This document shows positions 20,273 through 32,109 of a DNA stretch of 33,680 nucleotides, in pieces. The stretch is from positions 1-33,680 of the forward strand of contig JAXLNO010000509.1 of the NCBI GenBank assembly GCA_038087875.1, written 5' to 3'. This DNA is from Malacoraja senta (Eukaryota). Made by a program: the position numbers and the translations under genes. The notes beneath the pieces were generated by a model, which was not told the origin of the DNA, ran no database searches, and saw only the letters and a list, made by a program, of their open reading frames with translations. The first letter of the stretch is position 1, and each line of letters opens with the position of its first letter.

Positions 20273-22810
20273 AATGGAGCATTCGTAATAAGGTGGATGA
20301 GTTGAATGTGCAGATAGCTATTAATGACTATGATATAGTTGGGATCATGGAGACATGGCTCCAGGGTGACCAAGGCTGGGAGCTGAACATCCAGGGATAT
20401 TCAATATTCAGGAGGGATAGAGAGAAAGGAAAAGGAGGTGGGGTAGCGTTGCTGATTAGAGAGGAGATTAATGCAATGGAAAGGAAGGACATTAGGTTCG
20501 AGGATGTGGAATCGGTATGGGTAGAGCTGCGAAACACTAAGGGGCAGAAAATGCTGGTGGGTGTTGTGTACAGGCCACCTAACAGTAGTAGTGAAGATGG
20601 AGATGGTATCAAACAGGAAATTAGAAATGCGTGCGACAAAGGCAAAACAGTTATAATGGGTGACTTCAATCTACATATAGATTGGGTGAATCAAATTGGC
20701 AGGGGTGCTGAGGAAGAGGATTTCTTGGAATGTATGAGGGATAGTTATCTAAATCAACATGTAGAAGAACCAACGAGAGAGCAGGCTATTTTAGACTGGG
20801 TATTGAGTAATGAGGAAGGGTTAGTTAGCAGTCTTGTTGTACGTGCCACCTTGGGCAAGAGTGACCATAATATGGTTGAGTTCTTCATTAGGATGGAGAG
20901 TGACATTGTTAATTCAGAAACAATGGTTCTGAACTTAAAGAAAGGTAACTTTGAGGGTATGAGACGTGCATTGGCCAATATTGACTGGCAATTAATTCTA
21001 AAAGGGTTGACGGTGGACATGCAATGGAAGACATTTAAAGACTGCATGGATGAACTACAAAAATTGTTCATCCCAGTTTGGCAAAAGAATAAATCAGGGA
21101 AGGTAGTGCATCCGTGGATAACAAGGGAAATCAGGGATGGTATCAAAGCGAAGGATGATGCGTACAAATTAGCCAGAAAAAGCAGCATACTGGGAGAAAT
21201 TCAGAGACCAGCAGAGGAGGACAAAGGGCTTAATTAGGAAAGGAAAAATAGATTATGAAAGAAAACTGGCAGGGAACATAAAAACTGACTGCAAAAGTTT
21301 TTATAGATATGTAAAAAGAAAGACATTAGTTAAAACAAATGTAGGTCCCTTGCAGTCAGAAACAGGTGAGTTGATCATGGGGAACAAGGATATGGCGGAC
21401 CAATTGAATAACTACTTTGGTTCCGTCTTCACTAAGGAAGACATAAATAATCTGCCGGAAATAGCAGGGGACCGCGGGTCAAAGGAGTTGGAGGAATTGA
21501 GTGAAATCCAGGTTAGTCGGGAAGTGGTTTTGGGTAAATTGAATGGATTAAAGGCCGATAAATCCCCAGGGCCAGATAGGATGCATCCCAGAGTACTTAA
21601 GGAAGTAGCTCCAGAAATAGTGGATGCATTAGTAATAATCTTTCAAAACTCTTTAGATTCTGGAGTAGTTCCTGAGGATTGGCGGGTAGCAAACGTAACC
21701 CCACTTTTTAAGAAGGGAGGGAGAGAGAAAATGGGGAATTACAGACCAGTTAGTCTAACATCGGTAGTGGGGAAACTGCTAGAGTCAGTTATTAAAGATG
21801 GGATAGCAGCACATTTGGAAAGTGGTGAAATCATTGGACAAAGTCAGCATGGATTTACGAAAGGTAAATCATGTCTGACGAATCTTATAGAATTTTTCAA
21901 GGATGTAACTAGTAGCGTGGATAGGGGAGAACCAGTGGATGTGGTGTATCTGGACTTCCAGAAGGCTTTCGACAAGGTCCCACATAAGAGATTAGTATAC
22001 AAACTTAAAGCACATGGCATTGGGGGTTCAGTATTGATGTGGATAGAGAACTGGCTGGCAAACAGGAAGCAAAGAGTAGGAGTAAACGGGTCCTTTTCAC
22101 AATGGCAGGCAGTGACTAGTGGGGTACCGCAAGGCTCAGTGCTGGGACCCCAGCTATTTACAATATATATTAATGATCTGGATGAGGGAATTGAAGGCAA
22201 TATCTCCAAGTTTGCGGATGACACTAAGCTGGGGGGCAGTGTTAGCTGTGAGGAGGATGCTAGGAGACTGCAAGGTGACTTGGATAGGCTGGGTGAGAGG
22301 GCAAATGTTTGGCAGATGCAGTATAATGTGGATAAATGTGAGGTTATCCATTTTGGTGGCAAAAACAGGAAAGCAGACTATTATCTAAATGGTGGTCGAC
22401 TAGGAAAAGGGGAGATGCAGCGAGACCTGGGTGTCATGGTACACCAGTTATTGAAAGTAGGCATGCAGGTGCAGCAGGCAGTGAAGAAAGCGAATGGTAT
22501 GTTAGCTTTCATAGCAAAAGGATTTGAGTATAGGGGCAGGGAGGTTCTATTGCAGTTGTACAGGGTCTTGGTGAGACCACACCTGGAGTATTGCGTACAG
22601 TTTTGGTCTCCAAATCTGAGGAAGGACATTATTGCCATAGAGGGAGTGCAGAGAAGGTTCACCAGACTGATTCCTGGGATGTCAGGACTGTCTTATGAAG
22701 AAAGACTGGATAGACTTGGTTTATACTCTCTAGAATTTAGGAGATTGAGAGGGGATCTTATAGAAACTTACAAAATTCTTAAGGGGTTGGACAGGCTAGA
22801 TGCAGGAAGA
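20273..22810 (+). mobile_element. HER1/CR1 LINE, most of ORF2, truncated at both ends
   Basis: APE motifs (GIMETWL, GGGVALLI, VVYRPP, MGDFN, LDWVL, SDH) and RT motifs (NYRPVSLTS, YLDFQKAFDKVPH, GVPQGSVLGP, KFADD). One frameshift near 21190. Confidence 0.96.
20293..21237 (+). CDS. CR1 ORF2 apurinic endonuclease domain (frameshifted end)
   Basis: 314-aa ORF with canonical APE motifs. Confidence 0.85.
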   Translation: MDELNVQIAINDYDIVGIMETWLQGDQGWELNIQGYSIFRRDREKGKGGGVALLIREEINAMERKDIRFEDVESVWVELRNTKGQKMLVGVVYRPPNSSSEDGDGIKQEIRNACDKGKTVIMGDFNLHIDWVNQIGRGAEEEDFLECMRDSYLNQHVEEPTREQAILDWVLSNEEGLVSSLVVRATLGKSDHNMVEFFIRMESDIVNSETMVLNLKKGNFEGMRRALANIDWQLILKGLTVDMQWKTFKDCMDELQKLFIPVWQKNKSGKVVHPWITREIRDGIKAKDDAYKLARKSSILGEIQRPAEEDKGLN

Positions 22811-22855
22811 TTTCTTCCCCTAAAGTGTGATCTTATATTAGATCTAACTCATTGA
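21350..22855 (+). CDS. CR1 ORF2 reverse transcriptase domain (runs into flank)
   Basis: 501-aa ORF with QHGF, DFQKAFD, PQGSVLGP and FADD. Confidence 0.9.
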   Translation: MQSETGELIMGNKDMADQLNNYFGSVFTKEDINNLPEIAGDRGSKELEELSEIQVSREVVLGKLNGLKADKSPGPDRMHPRVLKEVAPEIVDALVIIFQNSLDSGVVPEDWRVANVTPLFKKGGREKMGNYRPVSLTSVVGKLLESVIKDGIAAHLESGEIIGQSQHGFTKGKSCLTNLIEFFKDVTSSVDRGEPVDVVYLDFQKAFDKVPHKRLVYKLKAHGIGGSVLMWIENWLANRKQRVGVNGSFSQWQAVTSGVPQGSVLGPQLFTIYINDLDEGIEGNISKFADDTKLGGSVSCEEDARRLQGDLDRLGERANVWQMQYNVDKCEVIHFGGKNRKADYYLNGGRLGKGEMQRDLGVMVHQLLKVGMQVQQAVKKANGMLAFIAKGFEYRGREVLLQLYRVLVRPHLEYCVQFWSPNLRKDIIAIEGVQRRFTRLIPGMSGLSYEERLDRLGLYSLEFRRLRGDLIETYKILKGLDRLDAGRFLPLKCDLILDLTH

Positions 22856-22876
22856 CCTATTTTGTGGTCAACTGCA

Positions 22877-23000
22877 TCTGAAGAAGGGTTCGGACACAAA
22901 ATGTCACCCATCCTTTTTCTCCAGAGATGCTGCCTGACCCGCTGAGATACTCCAGCACTTTATGTCTCTCTTCGGTATAAATCAGTATCTGCAGTTCCTA
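22877..23000 (+). mobile_element. Penelope-type terminal repeat fragment
   Basis: CTGAAGAAGGGTTCGGACACAAAATGTCACC...CCAGAGATGCTGCCTGACCCGCTGAG. Confidence 0.7.
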
Positions 23001-26000
23001 ACATCATGGCCTGTTATCTGATTTGGTTTGTGTTAGTTTGCATCTCACTGCAAACCATTTTGGGGCATCTCACTGTGATAATCGTCCAATGTAAATGCAA
23101 ATGAGAGTCACAGTGAGATGCAGCACAGAAACGGGCCCTTTGCCACCCAACCACCCTGGTTTGCACCAACCATTATCTACTCATTTGCACTAATCCTACA
23201 TTAACCCTGCTTTTTTATTTTCCTGTCCTTTCCATCAGCTCCCCCAGATTCCACACTCACCCACTCACTGGGGCAGTTTACAATGGCTAATTAACCTGCT
23301 AAACGACATTACTTTGAGGAAACAAGAATATCGAGAGGATCAGAGGGAAATCCAGCAAACCACACAGACGTATTCTTTAGTTCCCTTTATTTTAAAAGGG
23401 TAGATTCGACATGTGTGACTTCCAAGAAGTCTAAACCTCATACAGATTACAATATCTAGCCTGAGAGCTTGGCCCAACCAGTTTATGTTGGATCGTACAT
23501 CATGCCATGCTTGAATGGCAGAGTGGACTTGATGAGTGAAATGGCCTAATTCTACTCCTATGACTTACTTACTTATCCAAGTACCATAAAATCCCTTCAC
23601 TTTTATGCAATCTGCACCATATCCTAAACTCCAACATTCCTTAATTTTCTTCGTCATTGTAATGCTTTCCCCCTATTTCATTGAAGCAAGAACAAAATAA
23701 TCTTACCATAATTTTTACAATGTCACATGACCAGTGGAAATATCCCTTCGTCCAGGGATGGTTTGAGAGTTCTGTTGGAGGAATTTGTGCTGTTATTTTC
23801 TATTTATTTAGAATTCTATACACTTTGTAAGATCAATGCATTGTACCTCAGCAGCAAGTCAGGGACCTGTTCTGAATTGTTATTGGATAGAAAATAAAAT
23901 CCTCCAGCACTTAACAGACAATGAAAAGTAAAAGGCAATTAGATTTTCAATTAGATTTGCTGGTGAGAATTTGTAGCTTGCCGTTTCAAAGGGATTAGCT
24001 TGTTTTCCCAATCCTAGTGTGCAAATTATTGACTGGATGTTCCTGCAATAAAACATTACTAATTTGGTGATCTCAGCTGTATGGATTGAGAAAAGCCCTG
24101 ATTGATTTCCTGAGCTATGAAATTACATGTAATAGGCCACAACCTATAGTGGACAGTGTGCCTTGTAGAGCCTTACAGCATGGAAACAGGTCTTGGCCCA
24201 TTGTGTCCATGCTGACCATTAACCCCATTTATATTAATAGAAAGATTAAACGAAAACTTACCGTTTGAAGTTTGATCTTTATTTTATGAGAAGTTGGAGT
24301 GAGAGACTACGTGAAGAACCCGCCAGCCTGCATGCGCGCCAATCTTCAAAGCAACTGTATGAAACCACAGACCACTTGCAGGAATTTAAACTATAGAAAG
24401 ATTAATAACGCTTGACTTACCGAATGATCCTTTTGAGATTCAGGGTTGGGAGTGGCGGGCACGTAGTCTCTCACTCCAACTTCTCATAAAATAAAGATCA
24501 AACTTCAAACGATAAGTTTTCGTTTAATCTTTCTATTTTATATCGAAGTCTCGTGATGAGACTACGTGAAGCCTTCGAAGCTCTGTGGTTTTGTGCAGTA
24601 AACCAATCTGTGTGTGAAAACACTAAACAGATAAACCATAAATGGTAAATAAGACATGGGCTATTAACAACATGATGCTAACTTACATACATGTACATTG
24701 CCCTTAATCGAACCACAGTCCCAATTCCCTTTGGGTTAGACAATAGCTCATGCAACACTGTTCAGAATTCTATCTGCAACCATCCAGACATATTCAACGA
24801 AATTTTATAACTTCTGAAAGTGCGCTTATCTGAGCCTCCTGCTGTTGCAAGAAGACGATCAAAGGGAAAAATCCATTCTACTGGATGCTAACAAGCCAGC
24901 CCCCCTGGTAGAGTGATACTTGAAATTATTTGAATTCATTCCCGCTTTTAGCTGCTCACACGCTATCCATCTTGAAATAGTCTGCACCAACAATCTCTTG
25001 TGAAACCATTAAATAACTATGAAGAAACTATACTTCATTTCATAGGTACTAGTAAGCTTAGTGTACCTTTTTACATAATAAACACCCCCAATGTCCGATC
25101 TGGTGGGTATGCTGTCAACTCCAACTTACCCAACAGTGCCCGTTTGCTTTATGAGTTCATTCCCATAAAAGCTACCGTTATGTCAGATATGACCCAGAGA
25201 TCCAGACGGAGATTGTGTAAAGACTATGCTCTTTGTGCTGAAATCAGTTGTCATAAGCACAATTAACTTAAAAGATACTGCTCCACCATTAGGAATACAG
25301 TTGATGAATATCTGCACAATCATTTATACTGATTACACATTCCACACTACTTTGAATCTAGGCTTTAGAGTGTTCATATAAAAAACACCTTTCATAACCT
25401 TAGATAACAGTGGGCGAATAACCAATAATTTGTTTTCCCACTTATACAACTAGATACAATGACAAATCAGCAAGAGCAGTGTCAATTGCGCTATAACATA
25501 ATCGCTTCTCTTAAACCCAAACTGAAAGAAACCACAAACCTCTGCTACTTCCGTTTAAAGTAGCTCATATGTATTTCATCACAAACGTTCCATACAACCA
25601 TTCAAGGATAGATGCACGAGAAATAGGCTGACCTAGCCACCACTCGTGTCTTCGCGCACATATAGGAGCTTCTTACAGCAGACTTGTCTACAATGGAAGC
25701 CCTGGGTGAGTAGGTCAAAATGGCACTACTATAATTCATGTCATCTAAAACTCCGTGACAAAATGCCCTTTAGATCTGAGTAGGGCAGCATTAACTTTAG
25801 AATCTTTATAAATATGCTAGAACTGAAGTCAACCCCTTAGGTAGAACCTAACATTTCCAACACTGGCCTTGTCATAAAACACCAGATATATCTGTGCCTC
25901 TCGTGTATTGATATGGAAAGATATGCATCTTCAAGATCGATTGAGGCCCTAAATCCTCTGTAATCAGCTAAATTGCTGAATGACAATTATCCATCTTAAA

Positions 26001-26044
26001 CTGGTTATACCAACCACATGATCAGGCTAGCCAAATCCAAGCCT

Positions 26045-26295
26045 GGGTACACAAAAATGCTGGAGAAACTCAGCGGGTGCAGCAGCATCTATGGAGCGAA
26101 GGAAATAGGCAACGTTTCGGGCCGAAACCCTTCTTCAGACTGATAGGGGGTGGGGAGAAGAAAGGAGAAAAGGAAAAAGGCGGAGGAGGAGTCTGAGGGC
26201 TGGGGGAGGGGAGGAGACAACCAGAGGGCTGATGAAGGGGAGGGGACAGCAAGGGCTAGCAGAATTGGGAGAATTGAATGTTCAAGCCCCCAGGA
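26045..26295 (-). mobile_element. Penelope-type terminal repeat inserted in the DIRS2 RT
   Basis: Interrupts KKNGGCQII/LDLASL and carries the best-preserved hammerhead-like motif. Confidence 0.8.
26108..26143 (-). ncRNA. Minimal type I hammerhead ribozyme-like motif
   Basis: Minus strand: GU-CUGAAGA-A-GGGUUUCGGCCC-GAAAC-GUU-GC, with core, stem II and palindromic stem III. Confidence 0.6.
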
Positions 26296-28339
26296 TGATT
26301 TGGCATCCTCCATTTTTCTTCAACCTTGAGAGAATATTAGAATATACCCCTCTAGTTCTTGGGCAGACTGCTCTTCCTTTGTGAGATGTCTCAGTGTCAA
26401 TTGGATAGCCTTAGTTTCCTCTTTGAACCATAAGTACGGAAATCTTGGCTTCTCTTGCCGCAAAGGAATTATTCAACCAGAAAACGGAATCTTATAACCG
26501 TTTATGATTTGTAAAATGGAAAATTCGGAGGTTATCTGTCCCCACCTGTATGTCGAACCGTCTTACTTATCTCCGACTTGAATATCGACAGCACATCTCA
26601 TGCGACTGCGGTAATAACATTCGAATACTCAACAACCTCCACCTCAATGTTGCTTTGCTGTCCATGACGAGACAGACAGTGACTGTAGATGTGATCAAAG
26701 CTGTTTCTGAGAAAGCCCTTGCTATAAAAACCACCAAGACTGCTAATAAAATAATAGACAAAAGGTGATTATCACTCCCCGCCACGAAGATCCAGCAATC
26801 CCTGAGATAGACACCACCAAAAATTGTCCACAGGCAGAAGACTAATAGTCAACTGATCATAGATTTTGCTCTATCTCCTTGCACAGACATCCTGCCCTGC
26901 TGGGGACAATACTGAGTATGAGGAGAGCGCTGCAACCATGGTGATCGCTGAAACCTGCAAATTAAAAAGCCCTCTGGCTTGGTTAAATGTGTAGGCCTGG
27001 TGCTCCTGACCAGCCTCAGTGAAGCGGTATCTGCCACTCACTTGGTAGAGATGATATGTATGCATGTAAACGGGAGTCTTACCCTCAAAGGATGTATTTA
27101 CCACACCCACCGCAGCCTTGAAATTCCTTTGCACTAAATTAACATAAATTGGATAGACCTCAGGCCTATACCATCCTAACACAATTGAGTTTAGACTGCA
27201 AATACACAAAAGTGCTAAAGTGTCTACTGTAAATCTGACAGCAGAATTCCCTCTACTGACCTTGCAAAGGCCGAATCCTTCCCTGAGAAAACTCAAAACT
27301 TTCTGGGGTATAAGGCCTTTTGACTTGTTTTGCTTCAACTTGTGACATAAACCTACGAAGCTCCAGTGTCTGGCAGAATCATAACATATATCAGATCCTT
27401 ATGACTAGAGTTGAAGCATAACATCTACTTGATGTGGGAATATGGGTTCCCTGTCAACTCCTCACCGTCAGAGTCACCACGAATCCTCAACACCCCTCAG
27501 AGTTGAAAATATCATAATGCAACCCTGAACCAGGAATTGCTCCGCAGTCCTCTGACTGGAACCACCTGTCTCAGCCGCCAGTGTGCGCAACACATTCTCT
27601 TCGACCAGCCTCTCAATCAGGAATTCTAGTATTGGTAGCCTACAGATTATATATTATATATATATTTACTATTTACAACATGAAACTGCAAGTCAGATAA
27701 AAAATGCTACAAGCAAGATCGGCCTTCTGCTGGTAGCTACCTATCCCCGAGAGGATGCCAAATGATGTTCCAGGAGTTGGCAACTCTACTAGCCGAGCTG
27801 AACAAATTAAGCATGTGTTGAGGGAAACCTCAAACTGCCTCACTCTACTGAGCAGCCTGATAACCTCAATCACAAATGTTGAGGCAGTGCTTCCCTGGCC
27901 AATATGTTCCATATGGACAGCCAGTTTCAAGTTGGCCTACCCTGAACCAGGGTAGCCAAACTGTTCCTACTTGGAATTTACAGAGGTTGCTGTGCAATGC
28001 ACCCTGCCAATGTCTCTGCATTAACCTGCTCTTCTCCAAAGACAGTGAAAGGTACTAAACAGACTATGCTGCCAGTAAATCCAAACCCGGGTCGACACTG
28101 CTCCATTTCGGAGTTTTTACGGAGGTTAGTAAAGAGTGCTTACCTTCCAGCGTCTTTGAGCCCATGTCGACCTCCTTGTTGGAGCTTCAGCGAAGTTCCA
28201 TTGCAGACCATGTCTGACCACATCTTCAGCCCCACGCTTGCCAAACAGCTCCCATCCGGAGCTCAAAAGCGACATTGCTGTGCAAGACACGCCTGCCAGC
28301 ATTTCTGAGCCCAATGGGACAGACTGCTCCTTTGGCCTA

Positions 28340-29100
28340 CAGCCTCTTTGGAGCCTTGCTGGAGCTTACTGTGCAGGTCACGCTACCAGTTATTCTCAGC
28401 CTGGTTTGACAGGCCGCTCCTTCGGACCCTTCTGCTCCTTCGGAGCCTTAGCGGAGGTCATTGAACAGGCCGCGCCTGCCACTACTCCGAGCCTGACTCA
28501 ACAGGCTCCTCCTGCGGGCCTTCTGCCTTTTTTTGGAGCCTTGCTGGAGCTGACTGTGCAGATCGCGCTGCCAGTTTCTCCCAGCCTGGATCGACAGGCT
28601 GCACCTTTGGCCAGCTGCTCCTTCGTAGCCTCAGCGGGGCTCACTGGACAGGTCACGCCTGCCAGTACTCCAAGCTTGGTTCAACAGGCTGCTCTTGCGG
28701 GGCCAGCTAGTGACTCCCGACTGCTCCTTTCCGGAGCTTCAACGGAGGTAGCTGCACGGGTCGCGTCCGTCAGCTTCTCCGCGTTCAACCGCCTGCTCTC
28801 TTTTGGAGCCTCTACGGCGGGAGCTGCACGGGCCGCGCCCATCAGCCTCAAGGCCGTAGCTGCTTTAAGCCGTGTCTGACCAGCCTCACCGGCGGTTGCT
28901 GTACTGGCCGCGCCCGTCAGCTGCTTGAGTCCGGCCGCCTGCTCCCGTTCGGAGCCTCCAAGGCGGTAGCTGTACGGGCCGCGCCCGTCAGCTTTTCGAG
29001 TCCGGCCGCCTGCTCCCGTTCGGAGCCTCCAAGGCGATAGCTGTACGGCCCGCGTCCGTCGGCTTCTCCGGGCCCGCTGCACCTATTTTTGGAGCAGCGG
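28340..29100. repeat. Tandem array in the DIRS2 gag 5' region (90-93 bp units, then ~70 bp units)
   Basis: GAGCC-type anchors at 28351, 28443, 28536, 28626, 28734, 28806, 28952, 29023 and 29092. Confidence 0.85.
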
Positions 29101-30144
29101 CCCGTTCCTGAAACAAAATTGTCTTACCTGCCGGAGCAGTTTCGAACTGCTCCGAATCCCGCGCCATGCGTCAACGTATCATCACGAGACTTCGATATAA
29201 AATTCTACATTAATCCCAATTTTTAATCTCCCCACATTCTCATCATCTCCCTCCAGCCTCTACCACTCACATATGTGCTAGGGGATAATTTACAGTGGCC
29301 AATTAATGTACCAAATCGTATGTCTTTGGAATGGGGGAATAATCCAGAGCGGTCTCAGGGAGAATGCAAATTCCACACTGATGATGCCCGATACAATCTG
29401 GGTGTCTGGAGAAGGAAACAGAGGCTCTACCGGCTGTGCCACCATGGTGCCGTGTACCTAGTAAGTGAACTTAGTACTGATACGTACTGCAGTCCAATTT
29501 ATGGTTAATCTCTCACACAAGAGATTGAGAGGCATTCCAAGAACAGTGAAAGTAGAGAAAAAGCTGGAGAAACTCAGTAGGTGAGGCAGCATATATGGAC
29601 AGTGATATTCGTTGAGACCATAACTAACTGTCTTCAGTGGATGGAGAAACCTTACGAAAAGAAGGTTGCAGGAAACCAGGTCATGATGATGATTCTGAGA
29701 AATAATACAGAACACTCCTAACTGCTGCTGATGGGAGGATGGGCTGGTGGGATGTTGCCCCAGGGAAAACTCATCAACAAAGCCCCCCTCCTTACAACCA
29801 GTCTTGGATGTGGAGGAGTCCGTCTGAAAGTTGCACCGTTGAACTGTGCAGTTGTTTTAAGTGTGAATGGAGTGTTATGTGCCGTGTTACCTCACCTGTC
29901 TACAGATATGCAGGTGCTGGCACACAATAAAGAATGAGTTTCTCTAATTCACCATGTGTCACTGATTTATTCCATGCTTTAATGTTGACATTATATTATG
30001 TATTGGAAAGAACATAGGAAGCAGTGGCCAAGGGTCGATTAGTGAAGCCTATGATGAATGGTCCATGGGCACTTGAGGTGCAATGAGGAGAGACAACTTC
30101 CAGAGTACGTGTCAAATTCCACTACAGGCATTCTCAGACTCTGG

Positions 30145-30410
30145 TTTCCCATTTGGAAGAAAACGTTTCCCCATCCAAGAGATCCATATGGGTTATTTCC
30201 CATCACTACAGGATCTATACAGATCCTTTCCCCACCCCTGAAGGATCTGTATGGTTCCTTTCCCATCTGCACAGGATTTTTACCCCACCTCTACAGAATT
30301 TCTATGGAACCTTTCCCATCTCTACAGATCTGTACTGATCCTTACCCCTCCTGACAGATCTCCACATATCTTTTCCGCACCTCTACGGGATCTCAATGAA
30401 TTTTACCCTT
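30145..30410. repeat. Degenerate ~31-bp minisatellite (TACAGGATCTNTAYGGATCCTTTCCCCANCNC-like)
   Basis: About 8 imperfect units with GATCT and TTTCCC anchors. Confidence 0.65.
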
Positions 30411-31582
30411 TTATTCGGGTCCCAAACCGAAGCGTCGTCTGTCCGTTTTCACTAGAGATGTTGTCTGACATGCTGAGTTCCTTCACATTGTGTTTTGCTT
30501 CTGTTAAATGATAGGCGGATTCGGGTGGGGGTGATTCGGTAGATGGGCGGAATAATTTACAAAGACTACAGGGGAAAGGAGAGAAGGGGGTCGATAAGAG
30601 AAGGCAAGTGAAATGTATAGCCAGAGGGAGGGATATGAACCCGGTCCCCTTTCATTCATACCCCTCCTTCTGGCTTTACATATCACACCTCTTCGCTCCA
30701 TATCTGATGTCTCCGTTTCATCGCTCGCCTTTGTCATGTCCTCCATGCATCTGCCACTCAAACTTGCCTCACCTGTATCCATCTATCACTTGCCAGGAGT
30801 AAGTGACAAAGCCTAGAGGTGAAAATGAGACAAAAGCTCGTCAGATAAGGAAAGAAGATGGGTGAAATGTAAAGCTAGAGGGAAGGGTAAAGGCGGATTT
30901 GTCCCGCCACCAACATTCTTTTACAACTTTGCCCCGCCAGCACTCTGTGTTTTATTTTGTAAAATTCGTTGGATTATCCACAGGCACCCGAGGTTGTAAC
31001 CAGTTTTGAAACATGCGTTCGTCTAGCCGCGCTGACGAATTCGAGTACGTGTCCGATGGCCGGGGAACGCTACCGCTAGGAGAGGCATCGTGTAAGTATC
31101 TGGGCGACTGGTAAACATCTTGACATAGAGACGAGTGAGGATTGAGGACGACAGGGTTAGCACAGGTTGGATTACAAATCGGAATGGAATAGCGCCGGTG
31201 CAAGGTATGGCATGTCCTGGGGTGCCAGATTCATGCAACTTCTATTTTAACCCAATCGCCGAATTCCGCGACCTTGGAGACTGCATTTGTCCCGGGATTA
31301 TAGTTGGTTCACCGTGCGATCTCGTTTTATTCCTGATGGTGGTTTCTCTTTCGCCTGCCACGAGTGATCGCCGACTGCAGAAAATGCGCTGCGCAGCAAT
31401 CCGTAGTGTCATGGGTTCTTGAACCTTGGGTTTAAATGGTTAAACTCCCGAGGCCAAGTGACGTTTGAATGGTTTGGTAGGATGAGATCTCTGGATCTGG
31501 GATAAGGCTCCCTGCCCTGAGGAAAGTGGAGGAAAAAATAGTTACCTCGCTAGCGGGAGCATTGACTTAAAAAAAATAACTA

Positions 31583-31685
31583 GACGTACGCTAGGCGTAC
31601 GCCGTCAGGACGCTGTGTACGACGTCAAGACGCTGCGTACGACGTCAAGACGCTGCGTACGCCCGTGGAGACGCTGCTTACGCCC
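31583..31685. repeat. 20-bp CpG-rich tandem repeat (GACGTCAAGACGCTGCGTAC)
   Basis: Two perfect units at 31621-31660 plus flanking degenerate units; probably subterminal repeats of a DNA transposon. Confidence 0.8.
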
Positions 31686-32109
31686 TCAATGCGCCTGCGG
31701 GCCGACAGGCCGTTGACGCGCGGGATTTTCGGACAGTGCAAGCGTGCGGGCCGGCAGCAAGGACGGCAAAAAGCAGCGGGGGACCAGCCGATCTGTGCCT
31801 TCCGCCAGCGTGACAGAGCCGCGCGGGGGGGGGGGGAGTGGAGGAGAGCCGGGCGGCAGCAGCCGTTATGTTCACGCGGCACGCGATGAGAAGGTGGCCA
31901 GCAGGAGGCGACAAAATGAGTTAGTGGGGAGGGGGGGGGGGGAGGATTTTATTAAAACTGTGTACAGAAAAATGACGAAATTTAATGAGGAGTGGATATG
32001 CGAATGTAAAAGTAAAATCGCTAGCGAAATGGTAAAAATCTCGGAGTTTTTGCGTGTGGTTTTGGCGGACCAACGAATCAAAGGCAAATCAAAATGACAT
32101 AACCTGACA

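Larger units (their letters stand above)
24239..29203 (-). mobile_element. DIRS1-type retrotransposon, second subfamily, internally deleted
   Basis: Terminus 24239-24312 complementary to the ICR at 24460-24534, and ICR 24535-24559 complementary to 29179-29203. AAT at both junctions. RT remnants (ITSEFSILQIINGYKIPF; SIDLEDAYL; VLPKGLTS; LDD) and YR (FKYHSTRG; LATAGGS). Confidence 0.92.
24170..29452 (-). mobile_element. HE1-like SINE split by DIRS element 2 (24170-24238 + 29204-29452)
   Basis: Rejoined ATATTAAT|TCTACATTAATCCC matches the SINE copy near 23185-23210. Head end TGTGCCACCATGGTGCC near 29450. Confidence 0.7.

Noticed and set aside
20328..22662. Antisense ORFs over the CR1
   Set aside because: Shadow frames of ORF2.
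29890..29945. 21-nt micro-exon on the - strand (CAG|...CAG|GTGAGG)
   Set aside because: No partner exons or coding support in the window.
31583..31685. CRISPR-like array
   Set aside because: Head-to-tail repeats without unique spacers, no cas genes, and vertebrate context.
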